Assembly (NCBI GenBank): GCA_002721465.1
Contig: PBKO01000015.1
Coordinates: 31,700-90,253 of the forward strand
DNA length: 58,554 nt
Direction of reading: 5' to 3'
From: Gammaproteobacteria bacterium
GTDB lineage: Bacteria > Pseudomonadota > Gammaproteobacteria > Magnimaribacterales > D2472
Below the pieces are notes generated by a model that saw only the letters and a program-made list of their open reading frames with translations, searched no databases and had not been told where the DNA came from. Of this stretch, positions 31,243 through 41,629 are shown piece by piece (positions within the stretch are counted from its first letter, which is position 1; each line of letters opens with the position of its first letter). Position numbers and translations under genes: made by a program.

Positions 31243-32361
31243 GTGATTATTTCTGCACTCAAATCAACAAGTCATACTGATACCAGGTCCCCCATCCATA
31301 TTGATACTATTAAAACTCTAATCGATCTTGAAATAGAAGTTTGGTTTGAGGAGGGAGTTGGCTCTGGTATTAATGTAAATGATAGTGCATTTGAGGATAT
31401 TGGTTTAAAAAAACATTCTAGAAACGATTGTCTAAAAAATGCAAATCTTTTAATAACAAATGAATCACTTAGTTCTGAAGAGCTAGAACTGGTTAAATCT
31501 GGTTCAACAATATTAGGTATGGTAAATCCGTTTAACAACAATGCTTTCATAAAGTCATGTTCAGACAATAATATAAATCTTGTTAGTATGGAATTTATCC
31601 CTAGAATTACTAGAGCTCAAAAAATGGATGTTTTGAGTTCTCAAGCTAACCTTGCGGGATATGTTGCTGTAATAGAATCTGCTAAACATTTATCAACAGC
31701 TTTGCCCATGATGATGACAGCTGCAGGTACACTGAAACCTGCTAAAGTTTTTGTAATCGGAGTTGGAGTCGCAGGACTTCAGGCCATTGCAACTGCAAAA
31801 AGATTGGGCGCTAGAGTGGAAGCATTTGATACAAGAGATGTTGTGGAAGAGCAGGTTAACTCTCTTGGTGCTAAATTTGTAAAAATTGACATTGGAGAAA
31901 CTGGGGAAACAGATCAAGGTTACGCAAAAGAACTTTCAGAAGAACAAATTAATAAGCAAAAAGAATTACAATCAAATGTTTGTGCACGATCAGATATTGT
32001 AATTACAACTGCTCAGCTTTTTGGAAGACCTGCCCCTCTTCTTGTTGATAATCAGACGATAGATAAAATGGCACCAGGAAGTGTCATTTTTGACATGGCA
32101 GTTGAATCTGGTGGAAATGTTGAAGGCTCAGCAATCGATAAAATCATAGAAAGAAATGGTGTAAAGATAATTGGTATTTCTAATATAGCCTCCAAAGTTT
32201 CTAATCATGCGTCCTTGGCATTATCTAATAACTATAATAATTGGATTGCTGATTTTTATGATGTTGAATCTTCTAATATCAAATTTGATTTTGAAGATGA
32301 AATTATTAAAAGTAGTGTTTTGGTTTTTGAGGGTAAAATCACAAATGAGAGGTTTCAATAA
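31243..32361 (+). CDS. pntAA: NAD(P) transhydrogenase subunit alpha, part 1
   Basis: It aligns to the E. coli PntA N-terminus from GTG 31243 (IISALKSTSHTDTRSP vs RIGIPRERLTNETRVAATP). RITRAQKMDVLSSQANLAGY and VIGVGVAGLQAI NAD-fold motifs are present. The upstream ORF extension to 31165 has no counterpart. Confidence 0.88.
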   Translation: MIISALKSTSHTDTRSPIHIDTIKTLIDLEIEVWFEEGVGSGINVNDSAFEDIGLKKHSRNDCLKNANLLITNESLSSEELELVKSGSTILGMVNPFNNNAFIKSCSDNNINLVSMEFIPRITRAQKMDVLSSQANLAGYVAVIESAKHLSTALPMMMTAAGTLKPAKVFVIGVGVAGLQAIATAKRLGARVEAFDTRDVVEEQVNSLGAKFVKIDIGETGETDQGYAKELSEEQINKQKELQSNVCARSDIVITTAQLFGRPAPLLVDNQTIDKMAPGSVIFDMAVESGGNVEGSAIDKIIERNGVKIIGISNIASKVSNHASLALSNNYNNWIADFYDVESSNIKFDFEDEIIKSSVLVFEGKITNERFQ

Positions 32362-32633
32362 TGGAAACATATATTCTACTTGGGTTTGTTTTAATATTAT
32401 CAATTTATTTAGGCCTTGAGTTAATCTCAAAAGTACCTAGTACTTTGCATACTCCATTGATGTCTGGCGCAAATGCAATCTCTGGAATTGCTCTAGTAGG
32501 AGCTCTGTCTTTGGGATCTGATACACAATTACAAGAAATATTGGCATTTCTTGCTGTAACATTTGCATCTATAAACGTTTTTGGTGGTTATTTAGTTACT
32601 AACAGAATGCTAAGAATGTTTAAGAAAAAATAA
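32361..32633 (+). CDS. pntAB: NAD(P) transhydrogenase subunit alpha, part 2 (membrane)
   Basis: 90 aa with three TM segments. LHTPLMSGANAISGI and INVFGGYLVTNRMLRMFKK match the PntA C-terminus. Confidence 0.87.
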   Translation: METYILLGFVLILSIYLGLELISKVPSTLHTPLMSGANAISGIALVGALSLGSDTQLQEILAFLAVTFASINVFGGYLVTNRMLRMFKKK

Positions 32634-32635
32634 AA

Positions 32636-34015
32636 ATGAGTTTCATAGACAATATCTCATCATTTCAAAATATAATTTATATTTTTTCCTCTATTTTATT
32701 TATATCAGGAATTAAGATGCTAGGAAAAGAAGAAACTGCAGTAAGAGGTAATTTTTTGTCAGCCCTTGCAATGCTAATCGCAGTATCTGTAACACTAATA
32801 AATATTTTTAATCCGCTGCTGATCATAATGGGAATATCTATTGGAGCAGTAGTTGGCTCATTAATTGCTTTAAAAGTAAAAATGACATCAATTCCAGAAA
32901 TGGTTGCTCTTTTTAATGGATTTGGAGGATTGGCAACATTCTTTATTGCCTGGTCTGAGTTTAATTCGTCTATTGATAATTCTTTTCAATATATATTAAT
33001 AATGTTAACGGTTTATATTGGAGGTGTTACCTTTTCTGGAAGTATTGTCGCCTACGGCAAATTATCAGAAAGACTTAAGATTGCAAAAACATCAATAATT
33101 ACAAAATTATTTACTACGATTTTTTATATTTCTTTGGTTTATCTTCTTTACACAGCTGCATTAACAGAAATATTCATACCAACTTTTGACTTTTTTACAC
33201 TTTTGCTTGTTTTAGCTTTGTTAGGTGGAGTTGGATTTGTTTTACCAATTGGTGGCGGAGATATGCCTGTTGTTATATCACTTTTGAATTCTTTTTCTGG
33301 AATAGCTGCAGCATTTGCAGGTTTGCTGCTGCTAAATAATGTTTTAATTGTTGCAGGATCCTTAGTAGGTGCAAGTGGTTTAATTTTAACCATAATTATG
33401 GCTAAAGCTATGAATAGATCTATTGGAAATATTCTTTTTGTTGGATATGCTGCCTCATCTCCAAGCTCAAAATCTGAAGAGACAGGAGAAGTAAAACCCA
33501 TTAATGTTTCAGATGCATATCTAATATTGGAAAATGCAAATTCTGTTTTAGTAATTCCTGGCTATGGTATGGCTGTTGCTCAGGCACAACATGTTGTAAG
33601 AGAACTTGGTGAACTTCTTGAATCAAATGGAACAGAAGTGAAATATGGTATTCATCCAGTTGCAGGAAGAATGCCAGGACATATGAATGTTTTATTAGCA
33701 GAAGCAAATGTACCTTATGATGTATTAGTAGAACCTGAGGATGTAAATCCAATGATGGATACTGTTGATGTTGCCGTTGTTATAGGTGCAAATGATGTCG
33801 TAAATCCATCTGCAACAGAAGAGCCTGGAAGTCCAATATATGGTATGCCAATCATAGAAGCACATAATGCTAGAACTGTTTTTGTATTAAAAAGATCAAT
33901 GTCATCTGGTTTTGCAGGAGTTCAAAATCCCTTATTTTTCAAAGAAAATACTAGGATGTTATTCGGTGATGCAAAAGATTCTATAGGTGGTCTTGTATCT
34001 GAATTTAAAGAATAA
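32636..34015 (+). CDS. pntB: NAD(P) transhydrogenase subunit beta
   Basis: 459 aa with an N-terminal multi-TM region and a C-terminal NADP(H) domain (PGYGMAVAQAQH, HPVAGRMPGHMNVLLAEA, GANDVVNP). Confidence 0.94.
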   Translation: MSFIDNISSFQNIIYIFSSILFISGIKMLGKEETAVRGNFLSALAMLIAVSVTLINIFNPLLIIMGISIGAVVGSLIALKVKMTSIPEMVALFNGFGGLATFFIAWSEFNSSIDNSFQYILIMLTVYIGGVTFSGSIVAYGKLSERLKIAKTSIITKLFTTIFYISLVYLLYTAALTEIFIPTFDFFTLLLVLALLGGVGFVLPIGGGDMPVVISLLNSFSGIAAAFAGLLLLNNVLIVAGSLVGASGLILTIIMAKAMNRSIGNILFVGYAASSPSSKSEETGEVKPINVSDAYLILENANSVLVIPGYGMAVAQAQHVVRELGELLESNGTEVKYGIHPVAGRMPGHMNVLLAEANVPYDVLVEPEDVNPMMDTVDVAVVIGANDVVNPSATEEPGSPIYGMPIIEAHNARTVFVLKRSMSSGFAGVQNPLFFKENTRMLFGDAKDSIGGLVSEFKE

Positions 34016-34096
34016 ATAAGACCCTAATTATGTTAAAATATTTACATAATTGAGGGGATAAATCCGTCAAAATTTTAAGGACTACTCAAGCAAAAA

Positions 34097-36628
34097 ATGA
34101 GTGATTTTGCGAAAGAAATAATATCTGTAAACATTGAAGATGAGCTTAAGCAATCTTATCTAAGTTATGCTTTAAGTGTTATCCACGGCAGAGCATTACC
34201 TGACATAAGAGATGGACTAAAACCTGTTCATAGAAGAATTTTATTTGCTATGTATGACTTGAGAAATTTTTATAATAAACCTTACAAAAAATCTGCGAGA
34301 GTTGTTGGCGATGTAATTGGCAAATATCATCCTCATGGTGATTCAGCTGTATATGATGCAATGGTCAGAATGGCACAAGATTTTTCAATGAGGTACCCAC
34401 TAGTAGAAGGACAGGGTAACTTTGGTTCAATCGATGGAGATCCTCCAGCGGCCATGAGATATACAGAAGTTAGAATGGCAAAAATTTCTGATGAAATGCT
34501 TGGTGACATAGAAAAAGAAACAGTATCTTTTTCACCAAATTACGACGGTAGTGAACATATTCCAGATGTTTTACCAACAAAAATACCAAATCTACTTGTT
34601 AATGGTTCTTCTGGAATCGCAGTTGGAATGGCTACTAATATCCCACCTCACAATTTAACAGAGGTTATTAATGGCTGCGTTAATTTAATTAATAATCCTA
34701 AAATATCTATTGATGAACTTATCAAGCACATATCTGGCCCTGATTTTCCTACTGGTGGAACAATTGATGGAAAAGCTGGCATATATGAGGCATATAAGAC
34801 AGGAAGAGGAATAATTCATATTAGGTCAAATACCTCTATTGAAGAGGATAAATCTGGCAAACAGTCGTTAATTATTAATGAAATACCTTATATGGTTAAC
34901 AAAGCAAAAATGCTTGAAAAAATTGCTGAACTGGTTAAAGAGAAAAAAATTGAAGGAATAACAGAAATTAGAGATGAATCTGATAAAGACGGCCTTAGAG
35001 TTGTAATTGAAATCAGAAAAGGAGATTCTGCTGATGTTCTTGAAAATAATCTATTTGCTCAAACACAACTAGAGCAGTCATTTGGCATTAACTTTACAGT
35101 TTTATCAGAGGGACAACCCAAAGAAGTAAATCTCAAAGAGATGCTTCAAGCATTTGTTAAACATCGTAAAGACATTATTACCAAAAGGACTAAGTATGAT
35201 TTAAAAAGGGCAAAAGATAGGGGCCATGTTGTAGAAGGATTAATGGTAGCTATAGCCAACATTGATGAAATTATTGCCATCATAAAAAAATCAAAAGATC
35301 CAAAAATTGCCGCCATAGCACTTACTAAAAAAATATGGAAATCGGGACCCGTTGAGGTCCTACTTAAAAAGGTTGGAAGTGATGCATGCAAACCTAAGGG
35401 TTTAAGTAAAGATTTCGGATTAAAAGGAAAAAAATATAAATTATCACAAGATCAAGCTAAGGCAATTCTTGAGCTAAGGCTTGGTAGGCTAACCGGATTA
35501 GAACAAGAAAACTTGAGCAAAGAATTTTCTGAAATTGTTGAGAAAATAATTGGATTACAAAAGATTCTTGATGATAAGGAAACATTAATCAAGCTCATGG
35601 TGAATGAGCTTGAAGAAATAAAAAGTAATTTTGGTGACGAAAGAAAAACATTAATCAATGACACTAGAAGAGGTATAACAAACGAAGATTTAATACCTGA
35701 GGAAATAAGAGTATTAACAGTCTCACGAAGTGGCTATGCGAAAACTCAACCTCTTGATGAATATCGTGAACAGAGAAGAGGTGGTCAAGGAAAAGCAGCA
35801 GCTTCTGTAAAAGAAGAGGATTTAATTCAAAATTTATATGTTTTAAGTAGTCACATTCAAATACTTTGTTTTACAACGAAAGGGAAAGTTTTCTGGTTAA
35901 AAGTTTATGAAATTCCAGTCGCATCTAGAACCTCTAAAGGGAGACCATTAGTTAACATGTTAAATTTGGATGATGATGAAAGGGTAAGCGAAATACTTCC
36001 AGTGGAAGAATTCTCGGATAAGAATTATATCTTCATGGCTACAAGAAAGGGAATTACAAAAAAAACTAATTTGAGCTTATTCGCAAGAAAATGGAAATCA
36101 GGAATAAAAGCAATTAATCTTGATGAAGATGATAAATTAATAGGAACCGCAATCACAGATGGTAATCAGGAAATCCTTTTAGCATCCTCTGCAGGTAAGC
36201 TTATTAGATTTAAAGAATCAAAAGTAAGACCAATGGGAAGAACTGCTAGGGGTGTTAAGGGTATCAAGCTAAAAAAAGATCAGGTATTAATATCACTTAA
36301 TGTTGCTGATTCTTCAAAAATGGTTCTATGTGTTTCAGAAAATGGATATGGAAAGAAAACTCAACTAGATGACTTTCCTACTCATAATAGGGGTGGCCAA
36401 GGAGTCATTTCCATTAAGACTAGTGAAAGAAATGGTTTAATGGTTGCTGCAACTCTTGTAGAAGAAGAGGATGGGATTATGTTGATAAGTGATAAGGGTA
36501 CAATGATTCGTACCAATGTTTCTCAAGTCCCAACGTTGAGCAGAAATACTCAAGGGGTAAAAATAATTACTCCTAAAGAAGGTGAAAAGCTTATGGAGTG
36601 TGTAACCATCCCTAAAGAAGAAGAGTAA
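34097..36628 (+). CDS. gyrA: DNA gyrase subunit A
   Basis: 843 aa with SYAMSVI-type [14 protein letters not shown], the [34 protein letters not shown] region, active-site AAMRYTE, and the GyrA-box QRRGGQGK. Confidence 0.97.
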   Translation: MSDFAKEIISVNIEDELKQSYLSYALSVIHGRALPDIRDGLKPVHRRILFAMYDLRNFYNKPYKKSARVVGDVIGKYHPHGDSAVYDAMVRMAQDFSMRYPLVEGQGNFGSIDGDPPAAMRYTEVRMAKISDEMLGDIEKETVSFSPNYDGSEHIPDVLPTKIPNLLVNGSSGIAVGMATNIPPHNLTEVINGCVNLINNPKISIDELIKHISGPDFPTGGTIDGKAGIYEAYKTGRGIIHIRSNTSIEEDKSGKQSLIINEIPYMVNKAKMLEKIAELVKEKKIEGITEIRDESDKDGLRVVIEIRKGDSADVLENNLFAQTQLEQSFGINFTVLSEGQPKEVNLKEMLQAFVKHRKDIITKRTKYDLKRAKDRGHVVEGLMVAIANIDEIIAIIKKSKDPKIAAIALTKKIWKSGPVEVLLKKVGSDACKPKGLSKDFGLKGKKYKLSQDQAKAILELRLGRLTGLEQENLSKEFSEIVEKIIGLQKILDDKETLIKLMVNELEEIKSNFGDERKTLINDTRRGITNEDLIPEEIRVLTVSRSGYAKTQPLDEYREQRRGGQGKAAASVKEEDLIQNLYVLSSHIQILCFTTKGKVFWLKVYEIPVASRTSKGRPLVNMLNLDDDERVSEILPVEEFSDKNYIFMATRKGITKKTNLSLFARKWKSGIKAINLDEDDKLIGTAITDGNQEILLASSAGKLIRFKESKVRPMGRTARGVKGIKLKKDQVLISLNVADSSKMVLCVSENGYGKKTQLDDFPTHNRGGQGVISIKTSERNGLMVAATLVEEEDGIMLISDKGTMIRTNVSQVPTLSRNTQGVKIITPKEGEKLMECVTIPKEEE

Positions 36629-36632
36629 TATC

Positions 36633-37709
36633 ATGAGGCAGTGGAATTTTTGTGCAGGTCCTGCAGCAATCTCTGAAGAAGTTCTTCAAGATCTTAAATC
36701 AGAATTATTAGAATATAAGAATTCAGGCACTTCAGTGATGGAAATGAGTCATCGTTCAGAAATATATTCAAAGATAGCTCATGAGGCGAAAAGTGATCTA
36801 ATTCAAATTTTAAATATTCCCGATAATTATGAAGTTCTATTCCTTCAGGGGGGTGCAACTTATCAATTCTCAATGATACCAATGAATTTTAAACATCTTA
36901 CAGGTGCAGCTGATTATGTTACAACTGGGACTTGGACAAAAAAGGCTTTTGCAGAGGGATCAAAAATTATTAGCATTAATGAAATATATTCATCAGAAGA
37001 TTCTAATTTTACATGTGCACCAGATATAGAAAAATTAGATATATCAGAAAATGCATCATATGTTCATTATTGCCCAAATGAAACAATCCAAGGTAATGCG
37101 ATTCATAATGTACCAAATATAAAGAAACCTTTAATTGCTGACATGTCTTCAGTGATCTTGAGTGAGCCTATTGATATAAGTAAATTTTCATTAATATACG
37201 CAGGAGCACAAAAAAATATTGGGCCAGCAGGCCTAACCATAGTAATTATTGATAAAGAATTTATGAGGCTGGACGACGATAGTCTTCCAAATATTTTAAG
37301 ATATTCACAGCATTCAAAATCTAATTCAATGCTAAATACACCACCAACTTTTGCGTGGTATATGGCGGGAAAAGTCTTCAAATGGATTAAAAATTCTGGT
37401 GGATTAGATTACTTTAGTGAACTAAATCATAAAAAGGCATCTAAATTATATAAATACATAGATGATTCGTTATTTTACAGTAATCCTATAAATATAAATA
37501 ACAGATCAATAATGAATGTAACATTCGTATTAGCAGATAGTGATTTAGATCCTTTATTTTTAGAAGAATCAAATGCAAATGGTCTTCTTAGTTTAAAAGG
37601 GCATCGATCTATTGGAGGAATGCGAGCCAGCATATATAATGCAATGCCTTTAGAGGGAGTAGAGGAATTGATAAAGTTCATGAAGTATTTTGAATTAAAG
37701 TATGGATAA
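36633..37709 (+). CDS. serC: phosphoserine aminotransferase
   Basis: NFCAGPAA, FLQGGAT.QF, the GAQKNIGPAGLT PLP-lysine motif and GHRSIGGMRASIYNA are present. Confidence 0.94.
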   Translation: MRQWNFCAGPAAISEEVLQDLKSELLEYKNSGTSVMEMSHRSEIYSKIAHEAKSDLIQILNIPDNYEVLFLQGGATYQFSMIPMNFKHLTGAADYVTTGTWTKKAFAEGSKIISINEIYSSEDSNFTCAPDIEKLDISENASYVHYCPNETIQGNAIHNVPNIKKPLIADMSSVILSEPIDISKFSLIYAGAQKNIGPAGLTIVIIDKEFMRLDDDSLPNILRYSQHSKSNSMLNTPPTFAWYMAGKVFKWIKNSGGLDYFSELNHKKASKLYKYIDDSLFYSNPININNRSIMNVTFVLADSDLDPLFLEESNANGLLSLKGHRSIGGMRASIYNAMPLEGVEELIKFMKYFELKYG

Positions 37710-37715
37710 TTTTTT

Positions 37716-38804
37716 ATGACTACTAAAAAACTTAAAAATCTTAGAAATAATATTGATAAAGTTGATAAGGATCTTTATGCGCTTGTTCAAAAAAGAGCAT
37801 CATATGCAATAGAAATAGGTAAATTAAAGTCAAAGTTAAGTCCAAAAGATTCTTACTACAAACCAGATAGAGAGTCTAAAATTTTAAGAAATGTTTTAAA
37901 AGCTAATGAAAAAGGCTTGTTACCTGATTCAAAAATTCGAATGATTTTTAAGGAACTTATCTCAGGTTGTCTTTCTCTTGAAGAAGTTTTGAAAGTAGCC
38001 TTTTTGGGGCCTGAGGGCACACACTCAGAGTCTGCTGTTCATAATCAGTTTGGATCACAAGTTATAAGAATACCAACAAGTACAATTGAAGATGTGTTTT
38101 TTCAGACTCTTAATGACGGAGTAAATATGGGAGTTGTGCCTGTTGAGAATTCTTCTGAGGGCGTAATTAATACGACACTAAATTGCCTTGCCGATAATGA
38201 AGATATAAAAATTATTGGCGAGATTTATGTGGATATTGAACATCAGCTTGCAGCAGGCAATAAATTTAATATTAAAGATGCTTTTGCCATTGCCTCCCAT
38301 CCTCAAGCATTGGGCCAATGTTCAAAATGGATTGAAAGAAACATCGGCAATATAAAAAGACTTGAAATGCCAAGCTCTGCAGTTGCTGCACTGTATGCCA
38401 AGGAAAATAAGAATATTTTGTGCATAGTAAATGATATGGCAATAAGTAATTACAAATTGCAACTAATTAAAAAAAATATCCAAGACTATTCTGAAAATAA
38501 AACAAGATTTCTTGTAATTGGAAAAATAGATGTTGAAAAAACAGGAAGAGATAAAACTTCTTTTTTGATCCAGACGCCTAATAAGCCAGGATCTTTAATG
38601 TCTGTTTTGAAGCCTTTTGATAAAAGAAAAATTAATTTGAGCAAAATCGAGACTCGTCCATCTCGAGGAAATACTAATTCTCACGATTTTTTTATTGATT
38701 GCGAGGGCCACATCAATGACAGAAAATTAAATCATGTTATAAAAGAAGTAAATGAAACTGGAGCAATAATAAGACACTTCGGTTCATATCCAGAATACGT
38801 ATGA
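37716..38804 (+). CDS. pheA: bifunctional chorismate mutase / prephenate dehydratase (P-protein)
   Basis: An N-terminal CM_2 helix (LRNNIDKVDKDL..L...RA) is followed by a PDT domain (VAFLGPEGTHSE, VPVENSSEG) and an ACT domain (ENKTRFLVIG, KTSF.., LSKIETRPS). Confidence 0.92.
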   Translation: MTTKKLKNLRNNIDKVDKDLYALVQKRASYAIEIGKLKSKLSPKDSYYKPDRESKILRNVLKANEKGLLPDSKIRMIFKELISGCLSLEEVLKVAFLGPEGTHSESAVHNQFGSQVIRIPTSTIEDVFFQTLNDGVNMGVVPVENSSEGVINTTLNCLADNEDIKIIGEIYVDIEHQLAAGNKFNIKDAFAIASHPQALGQCSKWIERNIGNIKRLEMPSSAVAALYAKENKNILCIVNDMAISNYKLQLIKKNIQDYSENKTRFLVIGKIDVEKTGRDKTSFLIQTPNKPGSLMSVLKPFDKRKINLSKIETRPSRGNTNSHDFFIDCEGHINDRKLNHVIKEVNETGAIIRHFGSYPEYV

Positions 38805-39673
38805 GTAATCATGTTGAAACAATTCTTATTATTGGAATAGGAATGATAGGTGCTTCGATTGGCTTAGCAGCAAAGCAAAAGGGCTTAAAAGTTTTTGGAT
38901 ATGATCTTAATAAATCTAATATCAAAGTGGCATTGGATGAAAAAATAATTCATGAAGAATTGAAATCATTAGATCAAATTAGCATAGAACCAATCTCAAA
39001 TGATATAGATTTAGTTATCATATCAGTACCACCAAAACAGACTTTAGATGTTTTAAATGATCTAAGTGAAATCTGGAATACAGAAATAACAATCACGGAA
39101 ACTTGTAGTGCAAAGAACCATATACAACTGGATAATGTATCAAATATTATTCTTTCACATCCAATAGCAGGATCTGATAAGTCAGGTCCAAGCGCTGCTG
39201 ATGCTAATTTATTCATTAACAAAAAAAATATAATATGCAATCCATTTAAAGCTGAAAAAAATCATATTAAAAAAGTTATAAATTTTTGGAAAGATGCACT
39301 TCAAATGAGGACTGAATTAATGAGTGTTAGTGAGCATGATTTAATTTTTGCAATGACAAGCCATCTTCCTCATCTAATTGCATTTGCATTAATAGATTCA
39401 ATTAGATTAGCCAACACAAAAGTTGGTGATAATGCTGGTGGAGGATTGAAAGAATTTATAAGATTAAGTGGATCCAATCCTGAAATGTGGAGAGACATTT
39501 TTACCATTAACAGAGTAGACATCATAAAAGCTCTTGCAGGTATGCAGGTTTCAATAAATAATCTTTTAGAGCTAATCACAGAAACAAAAGAAATTCCTGA
39601 AATGCTTTCGCACTCAGAAATGTTAAAAGAGGAACTTAAAGAGATTAAGGCCTTTAAAGAAGATAAGTTTTGA
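38801..39673 (+). CDS. tyrA: prephenate dehydrogenase
   Basis: The ILIIGIGMIGASIG Rossmann motif, HPIAGSDKSGP and SHLPHLIAFAL PDH motifs are present. It lies between pheA and aroA. Confidence 0.82.
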   Translation: MSNHVETILIIGIGMIGASIGLAAKQKGLKVFGYDLNKSNIKVALDEKIIHEELKSLDQISIEPISNDIDLVIISVPPKQTLDVLNDLSEIWNTEITITETCSAKNHIQLDNVSNIILSHPIAGSDKSGPSAADANLFINKKNIICNPFKAEKNHIKKVINFWKDALQMRTELMSVSEHDLIFAMTSHLPHLIAFALIDSIRLANTKVGDNAGGGLKEFIRLSGSNPEMWRDIFTINRVDIIKALAGMQVSINNLLELITETKEIPEMLSHSEMLKEELKEIKAFKEDKF

Positions 39674-40983
39674 ACCTGATATCTAATCAAATCAGTTGTT
39701 TAAAAGGGGAAGCCTTATGCCCTGGAGACAAATCAATTTCGCAAAGAATTTTAATATTGGGATCATTATTAAATAGTAATTTGATTATTGATGGTTTTTT
39801 AGATGCAAATGATCCAAATTCAACGCTCAATGCTTTAAATAAAATTGGTGCTTCAATTTTAAAAAAGGATGGAAAGATTATTCTTTTCAAGAGAGAAAAG
39901 AATTTTCTTCAACCTGAAGAAGATTTAGATTTAGGCAATTCAGGAACCGGTGCAAGACTAATACTAGGTTTAGTATCTGGACTTGGATTAAATACGAGAT
40001 TAGTAGGCGACTCATCATTATCAAATAGACCAATGTTGAGAGTTGTAAATCCTCTAAAAGATATGGGTGTTGATATTGAAACCAATGATGGAAAATTGCC
40101 GGTAAAAACATCAGGCGGAGAAATAAATAATTTTTTTGAATACAAAATGCCAGTTGCAAGCGCACAAGTTAAATCATGTTTGATATTAGCTGCACTTTCA
40201 TCAAATAAAGAAATTAAAATTTTTGAGCCAAAGAAAACTCGGGATCATACTGAAAGAATGATTGAATATTTTGGTGGAGATATAAAATACGGTGATTCAA
40301 AAAATCCAGGAGAGATTAAATTAAATAAAACTAAACTTAAATCTAGAAATGTATACTCTATAGTTGGAGATTTCTCCTCAGCCTCTTTTATTATTGTTGC
40401 AGCATTAATTGCTCCAAAATCTAATGTAATAATTAGGAATGTTGGACTTAACAAAACAAGAAATGGATTAATCAAAGTTCTTTTATCAATGGGAGCATCT
40501 CTTAAAATAACTAATAAAAAAACTAAATGTAATGAAGAGGTTGGGGATATTCTTGTTACTTCGTCAAAGCTAAATAGTGTAATTGTTCCAGAAAAAATTA
40601 TTCCAAATATCATTGATGAAATACCCATTTTGAGTATTGCAGCTTCATTTGCAGAAGGTAAAACTATAATAAAGAATGCATCGGAGCTGAAAATTAAAGA
40701 ATCTGACAGATTACATGCTATATCAGATGGATTATTGAAATTAAAGATAAACCACGAGTTATTTTATGATGGATTATCTATCGAAGGTCATGATAGACAA
40801 ATAGATACAAATGAAATCATTGATTCATATGATGATCATAGAATTGCAATGAGTTTCCTAGTTGCAGGAATAAGATCAAAGAAAGGTATAACTGTAAAAG
40901 ACTGTAAGAATATAGAAACTTCGTTTCCTAATTTTATAGAGATAATGAATAACCTTGGAATGTCTATTGATGAAAAAAATTAA
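39670..40983 (+). CDS. aroA: 3-phosphoshikimate 1-carboxyvinyltransferase (EPSP synthase)
   Basis: TTG start. PGDKSISQR, LGNSGTGARL, KESDRL and DDHRIAMSF motifs are present. Confidence 0.93.
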   Translation: MNLISNQISCLKGEALCPGDKSISQRILILGSLLNSNLIIDGFLDANDPNSTLNALNKIGASILKKDGKIILFKREKNFLQPEEDLDLGNSGTGARLILGLVSGLGLNTRLVGDSSLSNRPMLRVVNPLKDMGVDIETNDGKLPVKTSGGEINNFFEYKMPVASAQVKSCLILAALSSNKEIKIFEPKKTRDHTERMIEYFGGDIKYGDSKNPGEIKLNKTKLKSRNVYSIVGDFSSASFIIVAALIAPKSNVIIRNVGLNKTRNGLIKVLLSMGASLKITNKKTKCNEEVGDILVTSSKLNSVIVPEKIIPNIIDEIPILSIAASFAEGKTIIKNASELKIKESDRLHAISDGLLKLKINHELFYDGLSIEGHDRQIDTNEIIDSYDDHRIAMSFLVAGIRSKKGITVKDCKNIETSFPNFIEIMNNLGMSIDEKN

Positions 40984-41629
40984 TGTTATTACAATCGATG
41001 GCCCATCTGCATCTGGCAAGGGCTCTTTAGCAAAGAATATTGCTAATCAATTTGGCATAGATATTCTTGATAGTGGATCACTTTATAGATTATATGCATA
41101 TTTTACAGAATTAAAATTTGATAGTGTTGAAATACAAAACAAGATAAGTAACGAAATAAAGTTTGAACTTAAAGATATGAGTATTGATATCAAATATAAA
41201 TCAAAAAATATTTCTAATGAAATTAGATCTGAAGACATTGCAAAATTTGCTTCTAAATTGAGCACAAGATCAGAAGTAAGACAATCCCTATATAGCATCC
41301 AAAGAAATTTTTATATGCAAAAAGGTTTGGTTGCAGATGGAAGAGATATGGGTACAGTAGTATTTAAAGATGCAAAGTTAAAAATATTTTTGACTGCATC
41401 AATTGAAGAGAGAGCAAAAAGACGATATTTAGAGTTGCAGAATCGAGGACAAGAAGTTAATATGCCCGATCTGATGGCAGATATTGAGCAAAGAGACTTT
41501 AAAGATAGATCAAGAGATTTATCGCCACTCTTTCCAGCAGATGATGCTCATATAATTGACTCGTCTAATATGTCTGCAGAAGAGGTGTTTTTATGCACTA
41601 AAAAATTATATGAGAAGGAATTTTATTAA
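40970..41629 (+). CDS. cmk: (d)CMP kinase
   Basis: MKKINVITIDGPSASGKGS aligns to the Cmk N-terminus and P-loop. ADGRDMGTVVF is present. The ORF-track start at 40955 adds 5 unaligned residues. Confidence 0.93.
   Translation: MKKINVITIDGPSASGKGSLAKNIANQFGIDILDSGSLYRLYAYFTELKFDSVEIQNKISNEIKFELKDMSIDIKYKSKNISNEIRSEDIAKFASKLSTRSEVRQSLYSIQRNFYMQKGLVADGRDMGTVVFKDAKLKIFLTASIEERAKRRYLELQNRGQEVNMPDLMADIEQRDFKDRSRDLSPLFPADDAHIIDSSNMSAEEVFLCTKKLYEKEFY

Noticed and set aside
40245-40628. 127-aa ORF antisense to aroA. Similar antisense ORFs occur at 33148-33501, 5622-5957, 14228-14551, 24486-24839, 16975-17307, 20260-20703, 39370-39690 and elsewhere.
   Set aside because: All lie fully inside strongly supported genes on the opposite strand. 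They have low-complexity Leu/Ser/Phe/Ile-rich translations and no motifs, so they are shadow ORFs.
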